NCBI GenBank assembly: GCA_965207225.1
Contig: CBDBLV010000004.1
Coordinates: forward strand, 224,001 to 288,000
DNA: 64,000 nt
Reading direction: 5' to 3'
Origin: Dehalococcoidia bacterium
GTDB taxonomy: Bacteria; Chloroflexota; Dehalococcoidia; Plut-88900
Made by a program: the position numbers and the translations under genes. Every line of letters starts with the position of its first letter. The first letter of the stretch is position 1. Under the pieces are notes generated by a model. The model did not search any database. It was not told where the DNA came from and worked only from the letters and a program-made list of their open reading frames with translations. Of this stretch, positions 63,518 through 64,000 are shown piece after piece.

Positions 63518-64000
63518 TCAGTTGGTGCTGAACCCGTAAAGGGAGCCCGCATTGGAGCTCACTATCATCTGCTTGTGCTCCTCCTCCACCCCGACAAACT
63601 GCCTTTCGATAGCCGCCCGCGAGTGAGGCCACGTGCCTTCGTGGTGGGGGTAGTCGTTGCCCCATAGCAGGCACCCGGCGCCCGTGAAGGAGATGTTGGA
63701 CAGGCCCACCGCATCCTCCCCGAAGGTGGCGTAACCTTGCCGCCGGAAGTAATCGCTGGGCTTCATGTCCAGCTTGGGACGGACGTACATGTGGTGCTTG
63801 TCCGCACCCTCGTCCATGGCGAGCATGTTCCACGCTATCCACCCTATCCCCGACTCCACGATCACGAACTTCATATTCGGGTACTTCATCAGCACGCCGG
63901 AGGAGCACAGGTAGGTGACCACGTCTATCCCGTCGACCAGCGCTCCCATCACGTAGTTGATGATTGCGCCGCCCGGGCCCCTTTCAATCCGCGGGTCCCG
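63518..64000 (-). CDS. Amidohydrolase 2 family protein (5'-truncated by window edge)
   Basis: VIVESGIGW, KPSDYFRRQ, LWGNDYPHHEGTWPHS; frame open to position 64000. Confidence 0.88.
   Translation of the reverse strand, partial: RDPRIERGPGGAIINYVMGALVDGIDVVTYLCSSGVLMKYPNMKFVIVESGIGWIAWNMLAMDEGADKHHMYVRPKLDMKPSDYFRRQGYATFGEDAVGLSNISFTGAGCLLWGNDYPHHEGTWPHSRAAIERQFVGVEEEHKQMIVSSNAGSLYGFSTN

Noticed and set aside
57442-64000. Integrative element inserted at tRNA-Arg
   Set aside because: No integrase and no duplicated tRNA 3' end is visible in the window; composition is similar to the rest.

Overview
A GC-rich bacterial chromosomal segment, most consistent with Chloroflexota/Dehalococcoidia (SAR202-like). 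This placement is inferred from the DUF2298 and TIGR03663-type membrane proteins, a DUF6391-like protein, a large Bacillus-type SRP RNA and tandem oxidoreductase paralogs. Contents: an ActE-like cytochrome c; a split System I cytochrome c maturation set (ccmH-ccmF-accessory genes on +, ccmABCDE on -); two DAO-family oxidases flanking a GNAT; a ~1.55 kb non-coding region packed with palindromic repeats; mutS-mutL; a NuoE/NuoF/FdhA-like operon; a putative membrane glycosylation cluster; housekeeping genes (ftsY, rnc, tRNA nucleotidyltransferase, ogg, ispE, rsmA, ffs, yacL-ispD-ispF-cysS, secG, gatB, pcm, larB, tRNA-Arg(TCT)); three tandem Rieske oxygenase alpha subunits; and an amine/amidine uptake and hydrolysis cluster. 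The most notable observations: (1) a DsbA-like selenoprotein with an in-frame UGA and a clear SECIS-like hairpin, truncated in the ORF track; (2) a CcmE with Glu in place of the heme-binding His/Cys; (3) a Rieske oxygenase triplet whose middle copy has lost a Rieske His ligand; (4) a composite repeat/promoter element at 12.6-14.1 kb with fully compensatory hairpins; (5) larB apparently starting at an ATC codon. No CRISPR array, rRNA, integrase or transposase was seen. All family assignments come from recognising motifs by eye; no database searches were run.
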